This document shows positions 7,372 through 14,460 of a stretch of 20,000 nt of DNA, one piece after another. The number at the start of each line of letters is the position of its first letter. Position 1 is the stretch's first letter. A model generated the notes under the pieces. That model was not told where the DNA came from. It saw only the letters and a program-made list of their open reading frames with translations, and made no database searches. This DNA comes from an uncultured virus (IMG/VR IMGVR_UViG_3300032006_000004). Taxonomy: Duplodnaviria > Heunggongvirae > Uroviricota > Caudoviricetes. The stretch is from IMG/VR virus record IMGVR_UViG_3300032006_000004. One strand, written 5' to 3'. The position numbers and the translations under genes were made by a program.

Positions 7372-7385
7372 TGTGTAGCTACACA
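7372..7385. repeat. Palindrome copy 8
   Basis: Exact TGTGTAGCTACACA in the junction region. Confidence 0.95.
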
Positions 7386-7664
7386 CAACTAAGCGACCAC
7401 ACCCAAGCAACGACACACACACCGAACACACACAGGAGAGAATCTGTTACGCGTTAGCCGCAGCAAGCCGCAGCAAAAAAATATTCGAAGCACCCAAACC
7501 ACTATCCAAGGGCGGGCACCCCTAGGGGGGGTACCCCCTCGCGTTTTTACATATGTATAGATATCAATTTGGAGTGCGGGGGTTTATTTTTTTTGGGCCT
7601 TCGGCCTGTAATCTACTACTGTGGGGTTGCTTTTAGAGGTTACAAGCTGTTAGAGTAGGGAAGG

Positions 7665-7707
7665 CGGCGGGGGGAGGAGCCACTTAGGGTGGCTCCTCCC
7701 CCCGCCG
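7665..7707. other. 19-bp perfect GC-rich hairpin upstream of the small terminase
   Basis: CGGCGGGGGGAGGAGCCAC-TTAGG-GTGGCTCCTCCCCCCGCCG. Confidence 0.9.
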
Positions 7708-7710
7708 TTT

Positions 7711-7736
7711 CTACAGTATAGTAGAGAGTGTCCCAC
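7711..7736 (-). promoter_or_regulatory. Putative late-type promoter motif, leftward copy
   Basis: Minus strand GTGGGACA-ctctctactatact(14)-GTAG, back-to-back with the rightward copy. Confidence 0.5.
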
Positions 7737-7737
7737 A

Positions 7738-7764
7738 TGGGACATTTACTGTTATTTGTAGGAG
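7738..7764 (+). promoter_or_regulatory. Putative late promoter motif copy 1
   Basis: TGGGACA-N13-GTAGGAG immediately before the small terminase ATG. Confidence 0.55.
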
Positions 7765-7771
7765 GACTGTT

Positions 7772-8200
7772 ATGTGGCAGACTGACCCTGAGTCAGGTGA
7801 AAAGTTAATGCCGTCGGATTGGTCTGAGTTTTTGGATTGGTTGTTGTCGGAGGATCGGGTGCCTGGTACTCAGAAGGAGTGGGCTGCTGATCGGGGCGTG
7901 AATGAGCGTACTGTTCGGCGTTGGAAATCGGATCCTCGTTTTGTCCGCGAGTGGGACCGCAGGGCGGCAGAATTGAATGTTCACCCTGAACGAACGCAGT
8001 CGGTTGTGGATGCGTTATATCGTCAGGCGGCTCAAGGTGATGTGAAGGCTGCTACTTTGTATTTGCAGTACATAGATAAGTTCACTCCGAAGCGTCGTGT
8101 GTTGGTTGAGGATGAGCGTGATGCTTCTGGTTTGTCTGATGATGAGTTGGCTGCAGAATTGGAAGATCTCATTGAAGAGTTAAGGAGTGAGGATGCCTAA
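7772..8200 (+). CDS. Putative terminase small subunit (phBC6A51-like HTH)
   Basis: HTH TQKEWAADRGVNERTVRRWKSDPRF; ALYRQAAQGDVKAATLYLQY; LSDDEL tail; first gene of the packaging operon; AGGAGG SD. Confidence 0.7.
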   Translation: MWQTDPESGEKLMPSDWSEFLDWLLSEDRVPGTQKEWAADRGVNERTVRRWKSDPRFVREWDRRAAELNVHPERTQSVVDALYRQAAQGDVKAATLYLQYIDKFTPKRRVLVEDERDASGLSDDELAAELEDLIEELRSEDA

Positions 8201-8303
8201 GGTCGGCAAGAAGCATTATTCTTATTCGGCTAAGGGGCGTGCGGCTGCTAAGCGTGCGTCTAAGAGGACTGGTAAGCCAATTAAGAATGCTCGTCGCAAA
8301 TGA
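8193..8303 (+). CDS. 36-aa very basic peptide (not in the ORF track)
   Basis: MPKVGKKHYSYSAKGRAAAKRASKRTGKPIKNARRK; AAGGAG SD upstream; overlaps both neighbours. Confidence 0.7.
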   Translation: MPKVGKKHYSYSAKGRAAAKRASKRTGKPIKNARRK

Positions 8304-8452
8304 GGGCTCCTGAGGATTTGCATGATGATGGGATGTGGATGCAGCTTGAGGAGATGGGGGAGCGTCCTGATTTGTTGACTGACCCGTTTTTAGATGATGA
8401 ACCTATTGAGTGTTCGTTGGATGAGGTGGATATTTGTGAAAGTTGTCAGTGA
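8300..8452 (+). CDS. 50-aa very acidic peptide ending in CxxC (not in the ORF track)
   Basis: MRAPEDLHDDGMWMQLEEMGERPDLLTDPFLDDEPIECSLDEVDICESCQ; ATGA overlap upstream and TGATG overlap downstream. Confidence 0.7.
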   Translation: MRAPEDLHDDGMWMQLEEMGERPDLLTDPFLDDEPIECSLDEVDICESCQ

Positions 8453-8736
8453 TGGCTCCTCCTAAGGTTAAGAATCCTAAGAAGTCAGCTAAGTATTATG
8501 CGAAGAATCCTGCGGCTCGGGCTAAGAAGAAGGCATATGATTCGAAGTTTGGGAAGCAGCCTGCTCAGCGCAAGAAGCGCACTGAGCTAAATAAAGCGCG
8601 ACGCCGCGCTAAGGCGGCGGGTGTTGATGTTAGGGGGAAGGATATGTCACATGGGAGAGATGGGTCGATTAGACCTGAGAGTACATCGAAGAATAGGGCT
8701 AGGCAGGGGGCTGGGGGTAGAGCCCGTCTGCGTTAG
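8452..8736 (+). CDS. Basic protein with degenerate HNH-like C-terminus
   Basis: K/R-rich; GKDMSH...ESTSKNRAR; ATG 8452 coupled to the preceding TGA. Confidence 0.6.
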   Translation: MAPPKVKNPKKSAKYYAKNPAARAKKKAYDSKFGKQPAQRKKRTELNKARRRAKAAGVDVRGKDMSHGRDGSIRPESTSKNRARQGAGGRARLR

Positions 8737-8744
8737 GGGGGTCT

Positions 8745-9029
8745 ATGTCAATAGAAGATGTTGCTGAGCGAACTGATGTTTGGGCCGAGTCCATCAAGAA
8801 GATCATTAAAGCTATTACGGCTGCTGTTGTGGCTCTTATTGCTGGTATATCTGGTCTTATGATGCTGTGGCCTGGTAACGAGAAGTCTGATCCCGCGCCT
8901 ATAGTCAGAACTGATCTTGTGCCTGGGTATGGACCTCAGTGTTCGCAGTTATATAATACGATTGACCATACGTGGACTGAATCGCAGTGGTCTGTGTGGG
9001 AGAAGTTGCGGAAAGATATGGGCTGTTAG
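8745..9029 (+). CDS. Small single-TM membrane protein
   Basis: Hydrophobic segment AITAAVVALIAGISGLMMLW. Confidence 0.6.
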   Translation: MSIEDVAERTDVWAESIKKIIKAITAAVVALIAGISGLMMLWPGNEKSDPAPIVRTDLVPGYGPQCSQLYNTIDHTWTESQWSVWEKLRKDMGC

Positions 9030-9634
9030 CGTAAAGGGTAGCCGTTGTACCAGACGACAGCCGCTCTGCGTTCTCCCGTTTCGATTGGGGTTACTCGGTG
9101 TTCGATAAAGCTGGGGAATACGACTATGGATCCTCTGGGGGCTTCGTTGAAGATGTGCATTTGGTCGTAGCAGCGAAGCTGAAGTTCCCCTCCCTTGTAA
9201 TCGTCAGGGTTTGACAGGTTGACTGTTGCTGAAAGTTTTCGTACAGTTCCTTGAAAGTCTGGGAATGGAGTAACATTTAATGGAATCGGATTGGGGGCTG
9301 ACTGGACGAGTCTACGGGCGGCGTGTTGATCTTGGTTTCCGTCGATATGCCATTCGTACTGCCCGCCTTCGCGGTAGCGAGTATATTGTACGGCTTCTGG
9401 TATTTGTAGGTCGTAGTACCAGCCTGCTTCTTTGTTTGCTTGACGCATCCAAGCACAAATTAGTTCGCTTATGGAGTCGTCATAAATCCAAGATATTTGG
9501 GAGTTTCGTTGTCCCCCTTCATCTCCGAAATGGATTCCTTCGATTTCGTGGATACCCGCAGCAGCGTGGTCGATCTCGTCGCACTGCTGTGGGGTTAAAG
9601 CCTCTGGGATCCACCAGTAATGATTGGTAAGCAC
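9026..9634 (-). CDS. 2OG-Fe(II) oxygenase (PKHD/prolyl-hydroxylase-like)
   Basis: QYTRY..G.Y.WHID (HxD), RKLSATVNL..P.DY.GGEL, FPSFIEHRVTPI..GER (distal His and 2OG-binding Arg). Confidence 0.9.
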   Translation of the reverse strand: MLTNHYWWIPEALTPQQCDEIDHAAAGIHEIEGIHFGDEGGQRNSQISWIYDDSISELICAWMRQANKEAGWYYDLQIPEAVQYTRYREGGQYEWHIDGNQDQHAARRLVQSAPNPIPLNVTPFPDFQGTVRKLSATVNLSNPDDYKGGELQLRCYDQMHIFNEAPRGSIVVFPSFIEHRVTPIETGERRAAVVWYNGYPLR

Positions 9635-9635
9635 A

Positions 9636-10523
9636 ATGTCTAGACTAGCAGAGCTTAAGCAAGAAGTTGAATGGAGGAGGTGCGTTAAAGATGAATCATA
9701 TTTTTTACAGAATTATTGGCACATTGCTCACCCTGCTCACGGGCGTATTCTTTTTGGGTTACGTCAGGCTCAGGAAGAAGCTATCGACCACTGGGCAGCA
9801 AATAGATATTCGCTTACGTTAAAAGCGCGGCAGATTGGGTGGAGCACGCTTGTTGCGGCTCACCAGTTCTGGCTGGCGTTTTTTCATCCAGACCAGAACA
9901 TTATTGATCTCTCTCGAACTGAGAGGGAATCCGTACTGTTACTTCGGAAAAGTAAGTACGGATTTCAACACTTACCGAAATGGATGGTAGAACGTGGACC
10001 TAAGTCCCTGGTGGAACACCAACAGCGAATGGGTTTCGATAACGGATCGCAGATTACATCGATGCCGTCGGCGTCGGATCCTGCCCGTGGTGAATCGGCC
10101 ACACTTATTGTCGTTGACGAATGGGCCTTTCTCCCCAACCCTGAAGAGGCATGGGCGAGTATTGAACCCGTGGCGGACGTGGGAGGGCGGATCATTGGCC
10201 TAAGTACGGCTAACGGTTCAGGAAATTTTTTCCACCAGTTGTGGGTTGGGGCTACGACTGCATCTAATAAGTTTGAGCCCATGTTTTATCCTTGGTCTGC
10301 GACTGAGGATAGGGGGGATTCTTGGTATCAGGAGAAAGTTGAGTCAATGCTGCCTTGGCAGTTGGCTCAGGAATATCCAACTACGGCAGAAGAAGCATTT
10401 GTCAAATCTGGTAATCCTGTGTTTGACTTAGATATCCTAGATGCAATGCAACAGCATGTCATCCACGGGGAAATGGGATATATGCGACTTAATGGTCGTT
10501 CAGCAGAATTTAGGCCGTCGTGA
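9636..10523 (+). CDS. Terminase large subunit, ATPase part
   Basis: Walker A LKARQIGWST, Walker B LIVVDEWA, motif III STANG, and QEYP. ATG 9636 preferred over TTG 9624. Confidence 0.9.
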   Translation: MSRLAELKQEVEWRRCVKDESYFLQNYWHIAHPAHGRILFGLRQAQEEAIDHWAANRYSLTLKARQIGWSTLVAAHQFWLAFFHPDQNIIDLSRTERESVLLLRKSKYGFQHLPKWMVERGPKSLVEHQQRMGFDNGSQITSMPSASDPARGESATLIVVDEWAFLPNPEEAWASIEPVADVGGRIIGLSTANGSGNFFHQLWVGATTASNKFEPMFYPWSATEDRGDSWYQEKVESMLPWQLAQEYPTTAEEAFVKSGNPVFDLDILDAMQQHVIHGEMGYMRLNGRSAEFRPS

Positions 10524-11191
10524 GTGTTGAAGTTTGGCAAAGACCAGACTCAATGTCTGCGTATGTGATGGGTGTCGATACTGCGGAAGGTCTTGGACAT
10601 GGCGATTACTCTGTAATCCAGGTCTTGGATGTGGGTACTGGAGAACAAGCAGCTATTTGGCATGGACATATTTCTCCAGATCTTTTAGCTGAAGAAGTAA
10701 TGGCTTTGGGTTTGTGGTATCGCAATGCTTTGTGCTGCGTAGAGTCTAATAACCACGGATTAACGACAATTACCGAGTTAAGACATTTGGGTTACCCTAA
10801 TCTTTTTAGACGCAGGCAACTAAATAATGTTAATAACAGAATCAGTCAAGAGTATGGTTGGAAAACGACAAGGACTTCGAAACCTTTAATGATTGATGAT
10901 CTCAGTTCCGCATTACGGAACGAGGAGATCATTATCCGAGATAAACATACTTTGGCAGAGTTGAGAACATTTGTCCGAAACGATAGGGGCTCAATGTCAG
11001 GTTCGCCTTATGATGATAGGGTTATGGCTCTTGCGTTAGCTAATCAGATGCGTAAATTTGCTTATGAACCTGAATATGCACCTGAAGTCAATGATTATTG
11101 GACTGTGGATTGGTTTGCTAGACTTATCCCTGGTCACAACACGGAAGATCCGCTACAAATAGGCTTGAATACTATTCGTGGGACACATTAA
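10520..11191 (+). CDS. Terminase large subunit, RNase H-like nuclease part
   Basis: YVMGVDTAEG...DYS, VESNNHG, GWKTT..SKP, DDRVMALALA; GTGA overlap with the ATPase gene. Confidence 0.9.
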   Translation: MSVEVWQRPDSMSAYVMGVDTAEGLGHGDYSVIQVLDVGTGEQAAIWHGHISPDLLAEEVMALGLWYRNALCCVESNNHGLTTITELRHLGYPNLFRRRQLNNVNNRISQEYGWKTTRTSKPLMIDDLSSALRNEEIIIRDKHTLAELRTFVRNDRGSMSGSPYDDRVMALALANQMRKFAYEPEYAPEVNDYWTVDWFARLIPGHNTEDPLQIGLNTIRGTH

Positions 11192-11208
11192 CCTACCTAG
11201 TAGGAGCA
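11178..11208 (+). promoter_or_regulatory. Putative late promoter motif copy 2
   Basis: GTGGGACA-N14-GTAGGAGCA ahead of the portal block. Confidence 0.6.
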
Positions 11209-11229
11209 TGTTCCACAGGAAGGGCTGTA

Positions 11230-11514
11230 ATGGCTAAATTTGTTTCCCACACCAACGGTACTGAAACCGTTGATGGGGCGAAAGGGAAAAACGCTAAGAT
11301 GGAGCGGGGTGGCAGTGTATCTGCTAACCCGATCTGGACTCCTGGCGGACCTCAATCACCGAAACAACGTATGGACGCAGGCAAATATGCGAACCAAACT
11401 GGTGGTAACGGTCAGGCAGGTGTGCGCGAAACACCCAAGAATCAACATGGCACAACTGGTAAAGTTGAACCAGCAGGTAGGCAACCAAACTACCGTGGCT
11501 CAAACGCTGGTTAA
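11230..11514 (+). CDS. Gly-rich low-complexity hypothetical protein
   Basis: 94 aa, purine-rich SD upstream, in operon orientation. Confidence 0.65.
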   Translation: MAKFVSHTNGTETVDGAKGKNAKMERGGSVSANPIWTPGGPQSPKQRMDAGKYANQTGGNGQAGVRETPKNQHGTTGKVEPAGRQPNYRGSNAG

Positions 11515-11517
11515 GCT

Positions 11518-11787
11518 ATGGCCGTCTTACCAGACGGAGCAACCTTTGCAGAGTTTGCCGAATACGTTTTAGCGCGACGTGACGTTCCCTTGTCGGAACT
11601 GCGGGAACTTTACGAACGGAGGCTCCGTCTAAAGTCGATTACCGTATCGACGGGCGAAGGCTATCAATCAACGCTACCTCCTGATGAGCGAGGTCTGACG
11701 AAGCGCGAGCGAGAGGCTAAGGTACTGGCCGAGGCGAAAGCTTCGGGCCGAAATATCCAGAAATTGCCAGAGAAAGCTCAGTTCTAA
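11518..11787 (+). CDS. Hypothetical protein
   Basis: 89 aa; TAATG coupling to the portal gene. Confidence 0.7.
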   Translation: MAVLPDGATFAEFAEYVLARRDVPLSELRELYERRLRLKSITVSTGEGYQSTLPPDERGLTKREREAKVLAEAKASGRNIQKLPEKAQF

Positions 11788-13664
11788 TGCCCAAAAAATC
11801 TCGTCAGGAAATACTTTCTGATTACATTGAGAAAGTAGACAAATGCGAAAATTGGCGGGATCAAGAAAGCTTTGAGCAGACTTGGCGAAGGCTAATAGAC
11901 CTCTACAGAGGGAAACATTGGCCTTCAACTACTTCCTCTAAACAGGATCTCATCGCTGTAAACTTGGCTTTTTCTACAGTCAATGTGATTGCTCCTTCTG
12001 TAGCTGTGAACTATCCGAAGATAGTTGTGCAAGCTACAGATCCTGCTGATTCTGCTCGGGCGGCTGTGGTTGAAGGTGTCGCCAACTATATGTGGCGGCA
12101 CCATGATTTCAGAACACCATTTCGCTCTGCTGTTAAAGATTTTCTTGTTATTGGGCATGGCTGGCTTAAAGTTGGCTGGAAGTTTGTAGAACAAGAACAA
12201 GGGATTTCAGACGAACAGCGCGAAGAAATGATCGGCTCAGCAATGCTAGAAGCCGATACATTTGCGATGCAAAATCCTGAGATGGCTGCAGATTTGCCAA
12301 CGGATAACGACATTATCGCTAGCATTCCTGAATCGGCCATGACCATCGTAGAGGATCAACCATTTGTTGAAAGAGTTTCACCTTTCGATGTTTTTGTGGA
12401 TCCAGCGGCAACGTGCATGGCAGATGCCAAATGGATAGCACAGCGAATTGTTAGGCCTGTAGAAGAAGCCCAGAAAGACAAGCGCTATAAGCCATCTGTT
12501 AGGAAACGGTTGTCAAGTTCGGTAATGGATACCGAATACCCAGAATACCATGATGGCAAAGGTGAATTCGTAGGCGATCAAGTTGTAATCTGGGAGTTTT
12601 ACGACATTTTGGAGAACACGGTTGGCATATACGCTGATGGTGCAGAAGAATTTCTTGTAGATCCTGTCCCTATGCCTTATGCATATGGGCAGCCTTTCGT
12701 AATGATACGAAACTACGACGTCCCTGATCATTTCTATCCGATTGGAGATTTAGAGTCCATCGAATCCCTCCAACTGGAACTAGATAAAACTCGTAGCCAG
12801 TTGATGAACGATAGAAAGCGTTATGCGCGCAAATATCTTTATCACGAACGCTCATTCGGACCTGAAGGTCGCGAAGCCCTTGAATCTGATGAGGACGGTA
12901 GGCTCGTCCCCGTGGTGGACGAAAACAAACCTCTCCAAGAGGTTGTTGTACCGATGCCTCAAATCCCCCTAAGCCCTGAAATATATAACTATTCAAGCAT
13001 TATCGAAGAAGATATAAATACTGTTTCAGGCATTTCGGAATACGCCAGAGGCGCTATGCCCGAAATACGGAGAACAGCTACAGAAGCTAGCATTATCGCA
13101 GATGCTCAGAATGCTAGAGCAGCAGATAAACTAGCAATAGTCGAGATATCTATTTCCGATGTAGCTCGCCACGTTATCCAGCTAATGCAACAGTTTATGA
13201 CTGGAGAGCACATAGCTAGGATTACGGCCAGAGGTGGCGAAGATATATTCTTTGAATTTGACCGAGATATGATTGCTGGCGAATATGATTTTTCGGTTCA
13301 AGCTGGCTCTACGCAGCCGATGAACGATACGATACGAAAGCAACAAGCAGTTTCTTTGATGAATGCTGTTGCTCCGCTTGTCGGGGAAGTTATTGACCCG
13401 CAAGCGCTTGCTGTTCATGTGCTTGAACAAGGTTTCGGTATCAAAGATCCCGAAAAATTCCTTGTTCAGGCTCCTGGCCCAGAAGTTGCCGCAGAAGAAG
13501 GTCAAATTCCTTCTGAGGGCCCTGTGCCAGGTGGGATGCCGCCAGTACCGCCTGTATCCCCTGATATGGGGGCGGACGGGGCGTTTGCCCCCACTGGTGG
13601 TGTTCCACCCGAGTTGTTATTACAACTTCAAAATCAAATGGGAATGGAACTTCCATCTCTCTAG
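11787..13664 (+). CDS. Portal protein (podovirus-like)
   Basis: 625 aa between terminase and scaffold; GHGWLKVGW, RVSPFDVFVDP, RTATEA motifs and Pro-rich tail. Confidence 0.85.
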   Translation: MPKKSRQEILSDYIEKVDKCENWRDQESFEQTWRRLIDLYRGKHWPSTTSSKQDLIAVNLAFSTVNVIAPSVAVNYPKIVVQATDPADSARAAVVEGVANYMWRHHDFRTPFRSAVKDFLVIGHGWLKVGWKFVEQEQGISDEQREEMIGSAMLEADTFAMQNPEMAADLPTDNDIIASIPESAMTIVEDQPFVERVSPFDVFVDPAATCMADAKWIAQRIVRPVEEAQKDKRYKPSVRKRLSSSVMDTEYPEYHDGKGEFVGDQVVIWEFYDILENTVGIYADGAEEFLVDPVPMPYAYGQPFVMIRNYDVPDHFYPIGDLESIESLQLELDKTRSQLMNDRKRYARKYLYHERSFGPEGREALESDEDGRLVPVVDENKPLQEVVVPMPQIPLSPEIYNYSSIIEEDINTVSGISEYARGAMPEIRRTATEASIIADAQNARAADKLAIVEISISDVARHVIQLMQQFMTGEHIARITARGGEDIFFEFDRDMIAGEYDFSVQAGSTQPMNDTIRKQQAVSLMNAVAPLVGEVIDPQALAVHVLEQGFGIKDPEKFLVQAPGPEVAAEEGQIPSEGPVPGGMPPVPPVSPDMGADGAFAPTGGVPPELLLQLQNQMGMELPSL

Positions 13665-13694
13665 TGGGACAGTATGCTACTCTTAGTAGGAGCA
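13664..13694 (+). promoter_or_regulatory. Putative late promoter motif copy 3
   Basis: GTGGGACA-N14-GTAGGAGCA ahead of the scaffold/capsid block. Confidence 0.6.
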
Positions 13695-13720
13695 ACTTTA
13701 CTGACTCCTAGGAGGGGCTA

Positions 13721-14440
13721 GTGCCCGAAGAAAACGAAGTAGACCTGGAATCCACTTATGAGGACACTCCAGAAGCTTTAGATGATGTTCCACAGGAACC
13801 TTCTGAAACCTATATTGTCAAGATTGACGGTGCGGAATCAGAGGTCACCCTAGAAGAACTTCGAGATGGATATCAGCGTCAAGCGGATTATACCCGTAAA
13901 ACGCAGGAATTATCCGCTGAACGTGACCGTTTGCGTCAAGCTGAGGCAATCGCTTCCGCTTTGGAGTCAGATCCAGAAGGAACTTTACAAGCTTTACAGC
14001 GATCATTTGGTATTGATATTTCCAGTCCTCAAGAATTAGAGGAATGGGAAGAGCTTGATCCAACTGAACAGAAGCTACGAGAACTTGAAAAGAAGATTGA
14101 ACAGCAAGAACAAACACAACGTCAGCAACACGTTGAACGTGAGGTTACAAATCTTCAAGAGAAATACGGTGAATTCGATGCTAAGGAACTTCTTCGCCAC
14201 GCTGTGAAGAACGGAATTAGCAATTTAGATGCAGCCTATACTCACTGGAGATTCGGTGAAGTTAAAGCTACTGCTGACAAACTCCAGCAGGAGCAGGAAA
14301 TCACTCAAAAAAAGCGTGATGCGTCTGTTATTACGCCTGGAGGGTCAACCCAAGCGGGAACCCAGCAAACCCAGCCTGATACAGCACCATCTAGCATCCG
14401 AGAAGCGTTTGAACGAGCAAAACAACAATTAAGCACTTAA
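13721..14440 (+). CDS. Capsid scaffolding protein
   Basis: Acidic N-terminus, VKIDG.E.EVTLEEL..GYQRQADYTRKTQEL, coiled coil; directly upstream of the capsid gene. Confidence 0.85.
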   Translation: MPEENEVDLESTYEDTPEALDDVPQEPSETYIVKIDGAESEVTLEELRDGYQRQADYTRKTQELSAERDRLRQAEAIASALESDPEGTLQALQRSFGIDISSPQELEEWEELDPTEQKLRELEKKIEQQEQTQRQQHVEREVTNLQEKYGEFDAKELLRHAVKNGISNLDAAYTHWRFGEVKATADKLQQEQEITQKKRDASVITPGGSTQAGTQQTQPDTAPSSIREAFERAKQQLST

Positions 14441-14460
14441 CCTTTTAGGAGCAAATAAAA

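Noticed and set aside
1566..7385. Palindromic repeats as a CRISPR array
   Set aside because: Spacing is irregular (82 to ~1860 bp), whole genes lie between copies, the conserved core is only 14 bp, and there are no cas genes.
7093..7431. 112-aa ORF upstream of the first early gene
   Set aside because: Runs through the palindrome and low-complexity sequence, has no clear SD, and overlaps the next gene.
7772..8200. HTH protein as a transposase or IS element
   Set aside because: No catalytic domain or terminal repeats; position and C-terminal features fit a small terminase.
10500..10525. Programmed -1 frameshift joining the terminase halves
   Set aside because: No slippery heptamer, and an in-frame TAG at 10511 leaves only a 7-nt window.
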